Source: Iphione sp. A-MEVVRFRX5
Taxonomy: Eukaryota
Assembly: GCA_976226885.1 (NCBI GenBank)
Contig: OZ320313.1
Coordinates: forward strand, 77,190,001-77,254,000
DNA: 64,000 bases
Direction: 5' to 3'
In this document: positions 25,488-36,520 of the stretch, piece by piece
Numbering within the stretch: the stretch's first letter is position 1
Layout of the letters: each line of letters starts with the position of its first letter
The notes under the pieces: model-generated
The model's database searches: none
Told to the model about the DNA's origin: nothing
The model's input: the letters and a program-made list of their open reading frames with translations, nothing else
Position numbers and translations under genes: made by a program

Positions 25488-26069
25488 CAGGAGAACCTTA
25501 CTTTGCGACCTCATCACTTTACAACCAAATGGACTATTGCAACCATTTTGGGTCAGAACGAAATTAATTTCAGTACATTTCTTATATGATTAACTCTTAC
25601 TTTGCGACCATATTGCTTTACGACCAAATTCACCATATGACCACTCATCTTAGGGTCATTTTCGGTATATTTTACTATCACTTTGCGACCGGCGACCTCT
25701 CTGATGTTCCTCACACCTTGGAGAGGGTGGCGGGAGTGGTCGCAGGCGTCAATTGCAGACCTCTCTGATGTTCTTCACACCTTGGAGAGGGTGGCGAGAT
25801 TGGTCATGGGCGTCAACTGCGACCTCTCTGATGTTCTCTCACCCTGGAGAGTGGACTTTTTGGAGTTTTAGTCATCAAATTCAGCACTTTTTGGACTCTA
25901 AGTCATCAAATTCTGCACTTTTTGGACATTTAATCATCAAATTCAACACTTTTTGGACTTGAAGTCATCAAATTCAGCACTTTTTGGAAATTATTGCTTT
26001 GCGACCATATTCAAAATTATGACCATTTTGGGCCGACCCAAGTGGTGGTCGCAAAGTAAGGTTCCCCTG
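25488..26069. mobile_element. Tc1/mariner-type (TA TSD) MITE with internal tandem repeats
   Basis: TA|CAGGAGAACCTTACTTTGCGACC ... GGTCGCAAAGTAAGGTTCCCCTG|TA; internal 60-70-bp repeats (GCGACCTCTCTGATGTTC...) and ~28-bp repeats (TTTTGGAC...TCATCAAATTC..CACT). Confidence 0.85.
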
Positions 26070-26969
26070 TATAAGGTGTTTCACCTGTTTTATATACAAT
26101 CCATATAATCCACATACATGGAGATAACCACCTGCCACCTGTTACTTCTGGGTGAAGACCTCCTGGAGTCCAGCCCCGGATGCACATTTTAACCCATGTA
26201 CAGGTATGTTGTGTATGGGTTGCATTTGCATAGTCAGTTTTCGGACATTGCGCATTACTTTCACACAAACATTTACAAATTCACCAGTGTGGTATAGAAG
26301 TGTTGGTCATCCTCAAGCTTAGGCCCAGGCCCAGGCAAGAGAAACATGTAAAATATGTATCTGATTTGTACATTATTAGCATAAAGAATGCACGATTTCC
26401 ACAGATTTGCCTCATATCAAATACTTTCAACCAAAAACACTGTTTCTACACGTTTTCTGTCAAGAAAGGTGGGAGAGGGAGGGAGATGGCTGGAAAATAG
26501 CACATAAGGACACTCATTTGCATTCCTATTCATCGTCAGTCAATGTTTACACAGTGCAACACAAATGTAATGCAAAAGTATGGAAACCAGCCCCGGAGCC
26601 ATTTTGCACATAAGCTTGTTTGGGCTGGGTAGAAAGAGTCATCAAAATGGGGTGAGCAAAAATGTCACACATAGCTGCGAACACCCATTAATTTTTGGCC
26701 TAATAAACAACCCATTTTGAAACGAAAGATGCATGTTGGAAGAACTTTGGGGGGTGTCCCCTTTCTAAGCTTTGCTTAATTATTAAAATTAAGAACCTCA
26801 AGTAAAATAGTAAAAACAAAGGGAACATACATGTGCTCCCACAAAAAGTCCAATTGTTGCCCCCCCCCCCGCCTTCTCATTACTAGATTATACATAGCAA
26901 ATCTATATATAAATGCCAATAAAGACCCATTATTCACGCTCATAATCCTTGTTGAGAGTATGCATATAT

Positions 26970-29900
26970 GTGACCCGTTCTGGCGTAATGAGTCTGCATT
27001 CACAAAAAATCAAATTTGAGTTATCCATTCCATAAAAAAATGCTGTTTTTAATGAGGTATAGCATGTTTTTCTACCATAATTGAGCAAAATATAGTAATG
27101 CAACAAAGTTATGTAGTGATGCCATAAACAATAAATGAGAACCTGAGATATTGGCCTTTGAAGTTTTGGTTGGCACACTCTACCGCAGTCTTCCTAGCAA
27201 CAGCTATTTCTTATTCCTCAATCTTTCTGAAACTCAAGATAGTCCATCAACCCTATCTAAGCTACAAAATACCAAAGAATCATGCATTTTAAGACATAAT
27301 ATTTTATTCATGCCAGACTCTGAGAATGTAACAAAATCTCACTCTGGAATGGAAACTTTACCTAGAAAGGCTAGCATAAAGTATCACAGTTCCTCCATCT
27401 AGAAGCTTAAAAAGGGCTGTAGATTGACACTGGTCTTGAAAAATAGTCTGTGTAAGAGTTCATGGTTGTCTTGGGCTGATTAAAAGCATAGTCTTGGAGG
27501 TTTTAATAAAATAACAATTATAAAAAATGAACTGTCTTGAACAAAGTCTTTGTACAAATTATTAGTAAGCATCCACTTCTGCTTTTTTATTCTAGTCAAG
27601 TAGACAATTAGACATTCAAATGCAAACAGTAGAACAAGAAGTTTATCTGGTCTTTTTGGGTCGACCATGCTTAGCACACTTAGGTTGTGGCTGTGGCTGT
27701 GACTCTGGCTCAAAGTCAGAGTCCTGGTCTGAGCTGGCGCTTTCCATTTGTCTGAACATCTCCTCCTCCTCCCCTGAAGTGTGGTCTGGACATGTCCATG
27801 GAAGCTACCTCTACCTCTGCCCCTGCCCCTGTCTCTGCCTCTGCCCCGGCCTCTGCCTCATGCAGGGCCTTCCTCAGGAGGTCCTGGAGATGGGCCTGGA
27901 GCTGGTCCTGCTTCTATATCTGACTCTGCTTCTGTCACAGTGGGCTCAGGAACAGAGGGCTTGGGGCACATGATGCCTTTGGTCTCCTTTGTGCAGAAGT
28001 CTCTGATGTTCTTGAACAGATACCACTGTCTCTTGGTAGACAAACCAGGGGAGGGAACAGGTGGAGTACGGTCTCTGGGGACAGTTTTAAGGTTAACACT
28101 TAACATCTTGAAAGTGTTTGGCTGGCTGTCTACATACTGATGGAAGGACATAACCCTGGTGTTTTGGTTTGAGAACTCAAAATGGTGAAGTTACTTAATA
28201 CATTGCAAATGTCAAACAAAAGGTGAGAGGAAAGCTTGCCAGTCATAGGATGGCACATGAAGATTCCCACACTCATCACCAACAAGTTAGGGAACATTAA
28301 CCTGATCTTGGGTACTCTTAAGTACTGTCTGAGACAACTGGGATAGGCTAGAGACAGATTAATGCTGAAACTTCTGTTTCAGCAAACCAAAGCACCAGTC
28401 TGGGGCAAACTTTGTGTGGCCAGTAATAAGAAAGTTAAGAGTAATTGTTTGGTGCCAACCAGTCAGGACCCTCCACATGAGATATGCTAGCACCCAATTG
28501 TTCTTGCTCTGGCCACTGCAATTGTCACAATGCAGATCAACAGAGCATGACCCCAGATCAAACATCTCAAAATAGTGATGCAAATATGAGATTACAACAT
28601 TGGCTGCCATACTCACACAGTGCCCCTCATCTATAAGATAGTTGACCTGCTTGGGAATAGCCTCATTACACACCCCAAAGATGTCCACCTTCCATGGGAC
28701 TAGAAAATAAAGAGGCCCAGGCTGCATGGGGGAGGAGGGGAGGTGGAACTGCTGGGCTTAGTCAAAACTGACGTGAGTAGCTATGTTAACAGATCAGGAT
28801 GGGTGTGGACCAAGGGCTGGGACATTGGCTTCCCGATATGCAGCCTTGGCATTCTTCATCATATTCTGATAAAATGTCTTTTCTGCTGTTAATACATCCA
28901 GATGTTTCTGCTGCTTCTTAAGTTTTGCTGCCTTGACTATCATGGGCAGATTACTAGATGAGGAAATGTCCCTGTAGTTACGTTGACATTCCCAACATAG
29001 GTCAGTTCTGGGGCAGGAACAAACTATACGGTGAAAAAATTGCAGCCACAGATTCCAGAATATAGAGTCTGTTATACACTTATACTGAGACTCCTCTATA
29101 GCTTGATGATACAGTTTGTAGATGTCTGCCTTAGTGGCAGATGAGGGGAGGAAGAGGATATCATTGCACTTGTGGATAGCTACCTGGCCAGGTAGGACAA
29201 GGGCATTGGTCTCTGCATATGAGGTGATGAACCCTGCAGCTCTCTGGATGTCAGTGAGATGGAGGAACCAGCCCACCAGCCCTCTTGGCATGGAGGACAA
29301 TGCCAGTGTCCTTATACCATTGAATGATGTTGGTGAGTTTCTTTTGGCTGATGCTGGAAGGTAAAGTGAACACCCTTAATATCTAAACAAAACAGAAGGA
29401 CATCAATGCAAGTGGTTTGTACCATCTAATTAGTGAGTGGTAACATACTTCAAATCCATGACTCTCTGACACATTTATCTATTAATTAGAAATACTACTA
29501 TTACCACTATAAATACATGGAAATTACATTTTATCATTATGGTACCTGAGAGGAAATAAGTTCAAAGATGAGGGATACTCAAATATACATAAACTTAAAG
29601 ATGTCCCTGGAAATGACCTTGGAACTAATCATGTAGTGGCTGTGTGGAGTATGTCTCTCATGCTTCCCCTTTTCCCCTTCTTCCACTTTGATGTCATGGC
29701 ACTTATGTCTGTACTCGTGCTTATTATGCTTTGGAGGAGCATGTCCTTTTCCCTTAGAAGAGATGGGTATACATAACATCTCATTAAGATAGATAGGATT
29801 AACATGAGATTTTTCTGGTTAGGGTGAAACTGATAAGTTAATAATAATAATAATAATTTTAGCAAATTTCATATAGAAGTGATCTTTGGAAAATGGTCAC

Positions 29901-31584
29901 TGATAGTCTCAACAAATTTTACAACAAATTTGGAAAACAATAAATACCTGAGGACAGCTGGAAAACTTCTTGTTGTCTGTCTGCCAACTCGGTTGCTGTG
30001 AACTGTTTGCTACAGTTGTGATCATTATAGTGTTTGCAAGAACACCTATAGGAAATGTTCACAGTTACATGGTCAGTTTCCCATAGTTTAAAAAAAATTA
30101 GAATGACCCTAAATACAACAGTAAAAACCTATTCTAACAAGTTCACAAAATACTTCAGAATCTGCAAGGGGATTTACACTATAGAGATGTAATAAGTCGG
30201 AGTTATGAGTAAACTAGAATGGGCATTAAGAGTGTTTCCTCCGAAAGGGTTTCAGAGGATAATCCTCCGAAAAATGCCACCGGTGGTCTGGGGTAGGTAG
30301 AACTTTTCAGAAACTCCTCTAAGTCAGAGGAGGTGTGTATTAAAGCGTACTTAAGAAGGATCTAGAAGCATCCCTTTAGAATGATCTCTGGAGGGAGGGT
30401 ATCATGATGCTATTTTTAAGGCTTACTGTGGCTAACTTTAGAGCCAGTCCCTGTGTAAAAGGGCCCAAATTTTCTGAATAAAGACAGTTCTTATCCCAAC
30501 TTGGAAATGAGCACAACCAACGCATATAGTCTGTGTGGACATTCTTTATTTCACGAAGCCATCCATTCCGAAGACAAGAGACATGTTACAGAGATATTGT
30601 TTTAATAGGTTTTTTTCTTAGATTGTTGCGAGCAACTGCAAGTCACCATGATGATTGGTTAAAAGAAATCACCTGAAGCTTTCGCAGTGTGCCCACTTGT
30701 CTTTCAGGATCTCCTCTGCAGGATCGGCGACTACCAGTGGATCATCAACCTCCACTAAGGGTTTCTCCTCTTCCTCAGATTTTTCTTCCACCTCCTTGAT
30801 AGCCTCCTCCTCCTCCAAGCCCTCCTCCACCTCCTCCTCAAAGAAAAAGTACTTATCAATGAGATTCTGCCGTTGTGCCTCTGCAGCCACAACATGTAAG
30901 TTGGCCCAACTGATGTAGTTTAAAGTGTCTGCCAAGGCTTGAGCCCAATCTGTGGCCATGCCTGGTTGTTGGCAGACACTTCGGCATCTAAATGCTATGT
31001 AATGCCCAACTCTATCAATTATTATCCTCCGCTACAACAGAGACCCATGCCCACTTACTGCGAACTCACCATGAAGCCAGACATTTAAACTGACCCAAAC
31101 AAATGCAGGTGGGAGGCTCTTGACCAATCAGCACTCTGCATTCTCTACACGTGACTCCCATGGCAATGATTGTTTACATCACAGCTCTCTTTAAAATGCC
31201 TGGCTTTTGGTCTGAAAGAATACACTTTCAAAATCTGAAGATGTCATTAGCTAGAGAACTTCACCCCCTTTCAGCTGGTACCTGGGAAGTGGGCCTAGGA
31301 TGATGAGAGGACCACAAGGCAAACTGCTGAAGTTGGGAAAAATAGCCCTGAGCAAGGGTTCTTTTGTCTTTGTGGACTCAAGCATCTACCAACTTACGAG
31401 CTATATTGCAGGTACTTATATTCATTGTAGGAGTCCAATATTTACACAGAATAAACTTCAAACACAATACAAATGATAACAATCAAAACCCCTTTTTCGA
31501 TAATTTGACTGACCTCTCTCTTTGGAGGCCCATATCTTGGTTTAGGCCCTGTTATTCCCGACTTGTTTTGCCAGAATGGGTCAC
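26970..31584 (-). mobile_element. Full-length but decayed Sola1-type DNA transposon
   Basis: ATAT|GTGACCCGTTCTGGC ... GCCAGAATGGGTCAC|ATAT (4-bp AWWT TSD). Transposase pieces on the minus strand: 30959 acidic N-terminus, PRTDLCWEC, SFD*AQQFHLPSSPMQPGPLYF, CDNCSGQSKNN, GHTKFAPDWCFG, C-terminal RQWYLFKNIRDFC. Confidence 0.85.
27900..30959 (-). pseudogene. Sola1-type DDD transposase, fragmented and probably intron-containing
   Basis: ORFs 30669-30959, 29579-29779, 28794-29300, 28359-28727 and 27858-28151 in colinear order; putative catalytic Asp motifs SFD, DNC and PD. Confidence 0.8.
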
Positions 31585-31595
31585 ATATACACATA

Positions 31596-32670
31596 TATTT
31601 CTTGATATGTCAAAGCATTTGACATGATAAATCATTCATTAGTGATCAGTAAATTTAAAAAAGTATGGGTTTGGTATTGAAATTCAGGAGTGGTTCCAGT
31701 CATATCTGTCAGAGAGGGGTCAAAGGGTTAGATGTAATGGAATGAAATTGGATATGTTATCAGTATCTACAGGGGTACCCCAGGGGTCGGCTCTTGGCCC
31801 GTTATTGTTTATTATTGCAATTAATGACATCTTTGAAATAAGGGGCCCCTGTGACGTAGTGATCTATGCTGATGACATAACAGTTATTGCAGACGCAATG
31901 AGTGCCTGGGCTTTGAGACAAAAATTACAGTATAGTATGTCTAGGATTGAAAAGTGGTGCATGGAAAATGGGTTAATTATTAATAAAGAAAAATCTAAAA
32001 TTATGAGTTTGGGGAAGGCACAGGGATTTAATCTTGATATTAGGCTATCAGGGGTAACGCTGGGCAATGTACATGATTTTAAATTTTTAGGATATAAATT
32101 AGACTCAAGACTCAATTTTAAATCATTCATAGATGGAAAGATTAAAAAGATAAATAGTGTAAGTTATTTGTTAATTAGGTGCAGAGGGATGCTTAACATG
32201 TCATTATGAGAAAAATTCTTTATAGCATTTGTGCAGCCACATGTTGATTTTGGGCTTGGTATTTTGTTCTCAGCAAGGATGCAGAATATATCGAGGTTAC
32301 AACGAGCTTGGTGTCGTGCAGTGAGGATCTGTGTTTTAAATAGATTTTTGACAAATAGGCAGGTTGAAATTTGAGAGAAGAGAGAAGGATATATTCATTA
32401 TATGCTAGAATGGTATATGTGTCGCTGTTAACTATCACTGATCTCTTTAAATTTTCTTTTGGGGAGAGATGATTGAGGACCACAACAAGAGTAGGTACAG
32501 GAATTCAGCTACATGTTCCAAAGCCAAAACTGGAGCAGTACCGAAGAAGTTTCATCTATCGATTGATAATGTATTGGAATTGCTTACCCAGTGATGTAGT
32601 AGTTAAGGAGAGATATCTGATTAAATGTTATAATAGGGATGATATTGTTTGATTAACAGCCGCTGAATAA
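31596..32670 (+). mobile_element. 5'-truncated, decayed CR1/L2-group LINE (RT C-terminal half)
   Basis: FLDMSKAFD, GVPQGSALGPLLF, IYADD, FLGYKLDSRLNF, YWNCLPSDV; AATAAA near 32647. Confidence 0.85.
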
Positions 32671-34049
32671 AGAAAGGAAACTTGCAAATGGCTGAGTACT
32701 GTTCAGTAACAACATGTATACAATATATGACGGATATACTCAATAAAATTTTTCAAATCAAATATATGACCAAGAACGGGTTGACCATCTCTGCATCTTT
32801 ACTTAAAAACACTGATAAGTACCGTAGGTAAACAGCCTGCTCTCTTTACTGACCACACTTCAGATCAAGGCACCAGTCGGGCCCCTTGCCGGCTCAAACA
32901 TCATAATGAAATTTATAACATAAGCAAGAAGATGGTGTATAGTATATGTCTCTGTCATTATGCATTCCAGAGATATTCGCAAAAGAAGAATAAATTGAAA
33001 GTTACCATCGGTTGTAAGGTGGTACTGGGTAGGGTCGGTCAGGTCACCATAAACACAAACTTTTTTTTATTAGGCCTTATAATGAAATAGGCTAGCTACT
33101 GTATGGCAAGGCCTAGCCCAGACAGCAGTTCTAGACACTACTATATAAAGGGGAAAAGGACACAGTCCTACCAAGATAGAAAAGTAGGCCTACATATCTC
33201 ATGACTCTGGGATTTTCTTCAAAAGAAAAAAAGGAAATGGGAAAAGAGGGGAATTCAGGAGATTTAGCATTATATGTTAAAATATTGGAATGGGAACGTA
33301 AACTAGCAGATGGGGTGGGGTCAATAGAGAGAGGAGGTTGGTTACCACGAGTTTTAATGAGAAGGGGGGGATCAAAAGGGACGTCACAATTTTGACAAAT
33401 ATATTTCATCATGCAGGTATCTGTACCGAAGAAAAATAAAATTATGGGGGAGGGGTTTGCCCTTCTCCCAAAGGGAAAAGGGGAGCCCCTTTGTCCTTTG
33501 AAGCGTGCACAGCCGAGGGGTCAGTGGTAAAGTAAGGAAAATCTGTCACCTAAAATTAGGGAAGGACCCTGTTGCCTCGTATAACCAACCTTTTTTTTTT
33601 TAAGGCACCTGCCTTGTATTTATTTCTGAAGAGGTCACAGATGGTTAAATACAGCACCTTGGTTTTTAGGTTTTTTGTTAAAAAGACATAATCATGAGTG
33701 AAATAAACAGTATGTGGACATTAATTCTGTTAAGGGGCGACTCGCAACCTGAGGTATACCTTTAAAATGTTTTCCACCTGAAACATCTGGTAAGACCTGA
33801 ACAAAGGAGGCGCTGCGATCGGCACTATGGCGACAGGCTGAATTTCGGCTCCATCTTTGTAGGTGGTGGGGTTTGGAAAAGCTCTTACGATTCACTAAAC
33901 CTACCATGCCCCCAACAACATTAAACATTCAAGAACAGGAGGAAATAGTTCATCCCAGTGGCCGACTGAAGAAACTTGAGCAATACGACGTCAACGTGAG
34001 CTCAGCTTGACAATCGTACTGCGCAGCCACAGAGCCGGCAAGACTAGTT

Positions 34050-35356
34050 CCTACAAGAGATTACAAACTGGCACCCCATCTCCCTTCTCAACTTAGACTA
34101 CCAAATTTTTGCAACAATTGTTGCCAATAGACTTAGACTCTGTATTGAAGATCTAGTACTACCCCTGCAGACAGGTTACATTAAACACAGATCCATACAG
34201 GACAATCATAGACTCATTGCAGACATTCGATGGCATCTCCTTCAATCTAATATCTCAGGGGCAATCATTGCAATAGACTTCAAAAAAGCATTTGACTCAG
34301 TTAACTGGAATGCCATGATGGCCACTCTCAAAAAGTTTGGCTTCAAGGAAAACTTCTGTCACATCATTAGCCTACTATACCAAGGGGCAGAATCCTGTAT
34401 TTGTGATGGGGGATACACCACACCATTTTTTAAGATGACCAGGGCAGTCAGACAAGGCTGCCTTCTTTCACCACTTCTTTTCATTTTGGTCACAGAAATA
34501 CTTGGCAGATTAATTCAAACAAATCCTGATTTTCATGGCATACAAACCCAAGGAACCCGTTATTGTTATTTCCAATATGCAGATGACATCAGTATTTTTG
34601 CTTCCTCCCCCGCAGATGTAAATGCTATATTCTCCACACTCTCTATCTTCCAACTTGCTACAAGTATCACAGTAAACTATGTTAAGACGCAGGCCATTGC
34701 TTTTGGCAGATTTGATCCTTGTCAAGTTCTTAAAGACATTACATGGTGTACATTTGTAAAAATATTGGGCATATACTATTCCAATGGCAGTGATCCCCAT
34801 TTTGACTACTAGCATAATTTTAAGCCCAGGTTAAAACTATGTCAACAGATAGCCAACAGATGGAAAAATCAAGGGCTCTCTTGAAAAGGAAAAGTTATCA
34901 TCCATAATACGTTGATTTTGCCACTACTACAATTTGCAATATATAATTTGCCCATGCCTCCTAAAGTTATTCTCAAATATAATGCCCTTGTAACTGACTT
35001 TCTTTGGAGTGGTAAGCAAGCAAAAATCTAAAGGGATGTATTATTTCAGCCCACCTCACAGGGTGGACTAAACCTGGCTTCAATCGTTCATCGATTTTAT
35101 GCCAATCGAATAAAGTTGGTGAGCCATATGGCAGAATGCTGTAAGAATTTAACCTGGGGTGAGCTAGCTAAGAAAGCTCTGAAAATGACAAACATCAGTA
35201 AATTTTTCAAAAACAAATCTAGATGTACACTAGCTAGAGTAGCTGACCCCTTACTATAAGGAGCTATGTAAGGTGTGGACCAAATTTTATATCCAGGTCC
35301 CAAGCACAAAACTGGGCTTGTATGCAGACCCTCTATGGGTCAATGACTTCTTAGAT
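34050..35356 (+). mobile_element. L1/Tx1-like LINE ORF2 (RT), 5' segment of the element split by the 35357-43302 insertion
   Basis: NWHPISLLNLDYQI, DFKKAFDS, RQGCLLSPLLF, QYADD, KILGIYY, FLWSGK, GGLNL; ends ...PLWVNDFLD at the TSD. Confidence 0.85.
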
Positions 35357-36520
35357 TGAATTGAATTGAATAAGTTTTTATTAACCAAATTCTCAAGTGG
35401 TAAGCAGAGTTTTCCTGGTTAACAATGTAGTGCAGATGAACACAAACATAGTGACAGTAGATAACAGTGAGTAAATATAGCAAAGCAAGGACGACAAAGG
35501 TTATGAAGTATAAAGTACAGGGCTGAAGACAATTTAAGCCTGGGCTACAGAAGACAGTTCTCTTCAAGTCAGGCAGACGTAGATGCCATGCACCATACGC
35601 GCCAGTATATGAAGGAGCATACAGGAAAGCCGGAGCTTTCTGCTACACTCCCCGTAAATAAGAGAGCAATGAACAGTTACGTCTGGCAATTGCTATCTAA
35701 ACAGGAGTACGCAACGTATAAAGTTACCACGGTCGTGTTGTACTTGAATAGCTATGCTACTGCAAGTCATGTTCGCCTACGACATTAAACCAGAATGTAC
35801 ATATGTCTTGGAGTTCGAGAACAACTGCATCCGAACACGAAACCACTACTCATTGAGTTTTAACTGCTCACTATAGGTATTCACATATCTGATACATGTT
35901 ATTAAACAAGAGTTATAAGATCATGCTATGTCTTTGTCATAATCTACCTAAGGCACATAAGCAATCGCATATAGTCGATGATGCAGTTACATTGGTGGCA
36001 TAGAGGGGGGGGAAGGAGTAAAGCGAGACTGGATCTCAAACGTTGCCAGCCTGCCTTAGCTAGTTAAAGTGGATTACACACTACAGTACTGCCACGATAT
36101 CGAAGGGCTGCGTGGGGGGGGACCTATGAAGACAAGAGGCGTAATGTGGTGGGGGTTGTAGAGTGGACGGGATGGGGGAGGGAGTTGGTGGTGGTAGGTT
36201 GGACGGGAACAGTCTGGATTGTCGAAACAAGGGGGGCGGGGGAGTTTTAAGTACATTTGGTAGTTGCGGGGATTGTCAGAATATTATATTCAAGGCGGAT
36301 GAATTAGTACGGACCAGGTCTTAAATGCATATCGAGTGTGGGAATAATGAAGTGGGGGAAAAGAAGAGGGGTATAAGTGGGTCAGTGTGGGGGGGTGGGG
36401 CTTGGGACGATCATCAATGTGCATTACTATGAATTTTAGTCGTGTCTGACCCGTAGCCGCAGGCCCCCCTAATTTGAAGTCGAGGGGCCAGCCCTGTCCA
36501 GTAATTACTGCCATCAAGGC

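Noticed and set aside
25690-25990. Regularly spaced repeats resembling a CRISPR array (also 56214-56780)
   Set aside because: The intervening sequences are themselves repeated, the context is eukaryotic and there are no cas genes; these are MITE-internal and minisatellite repeats.
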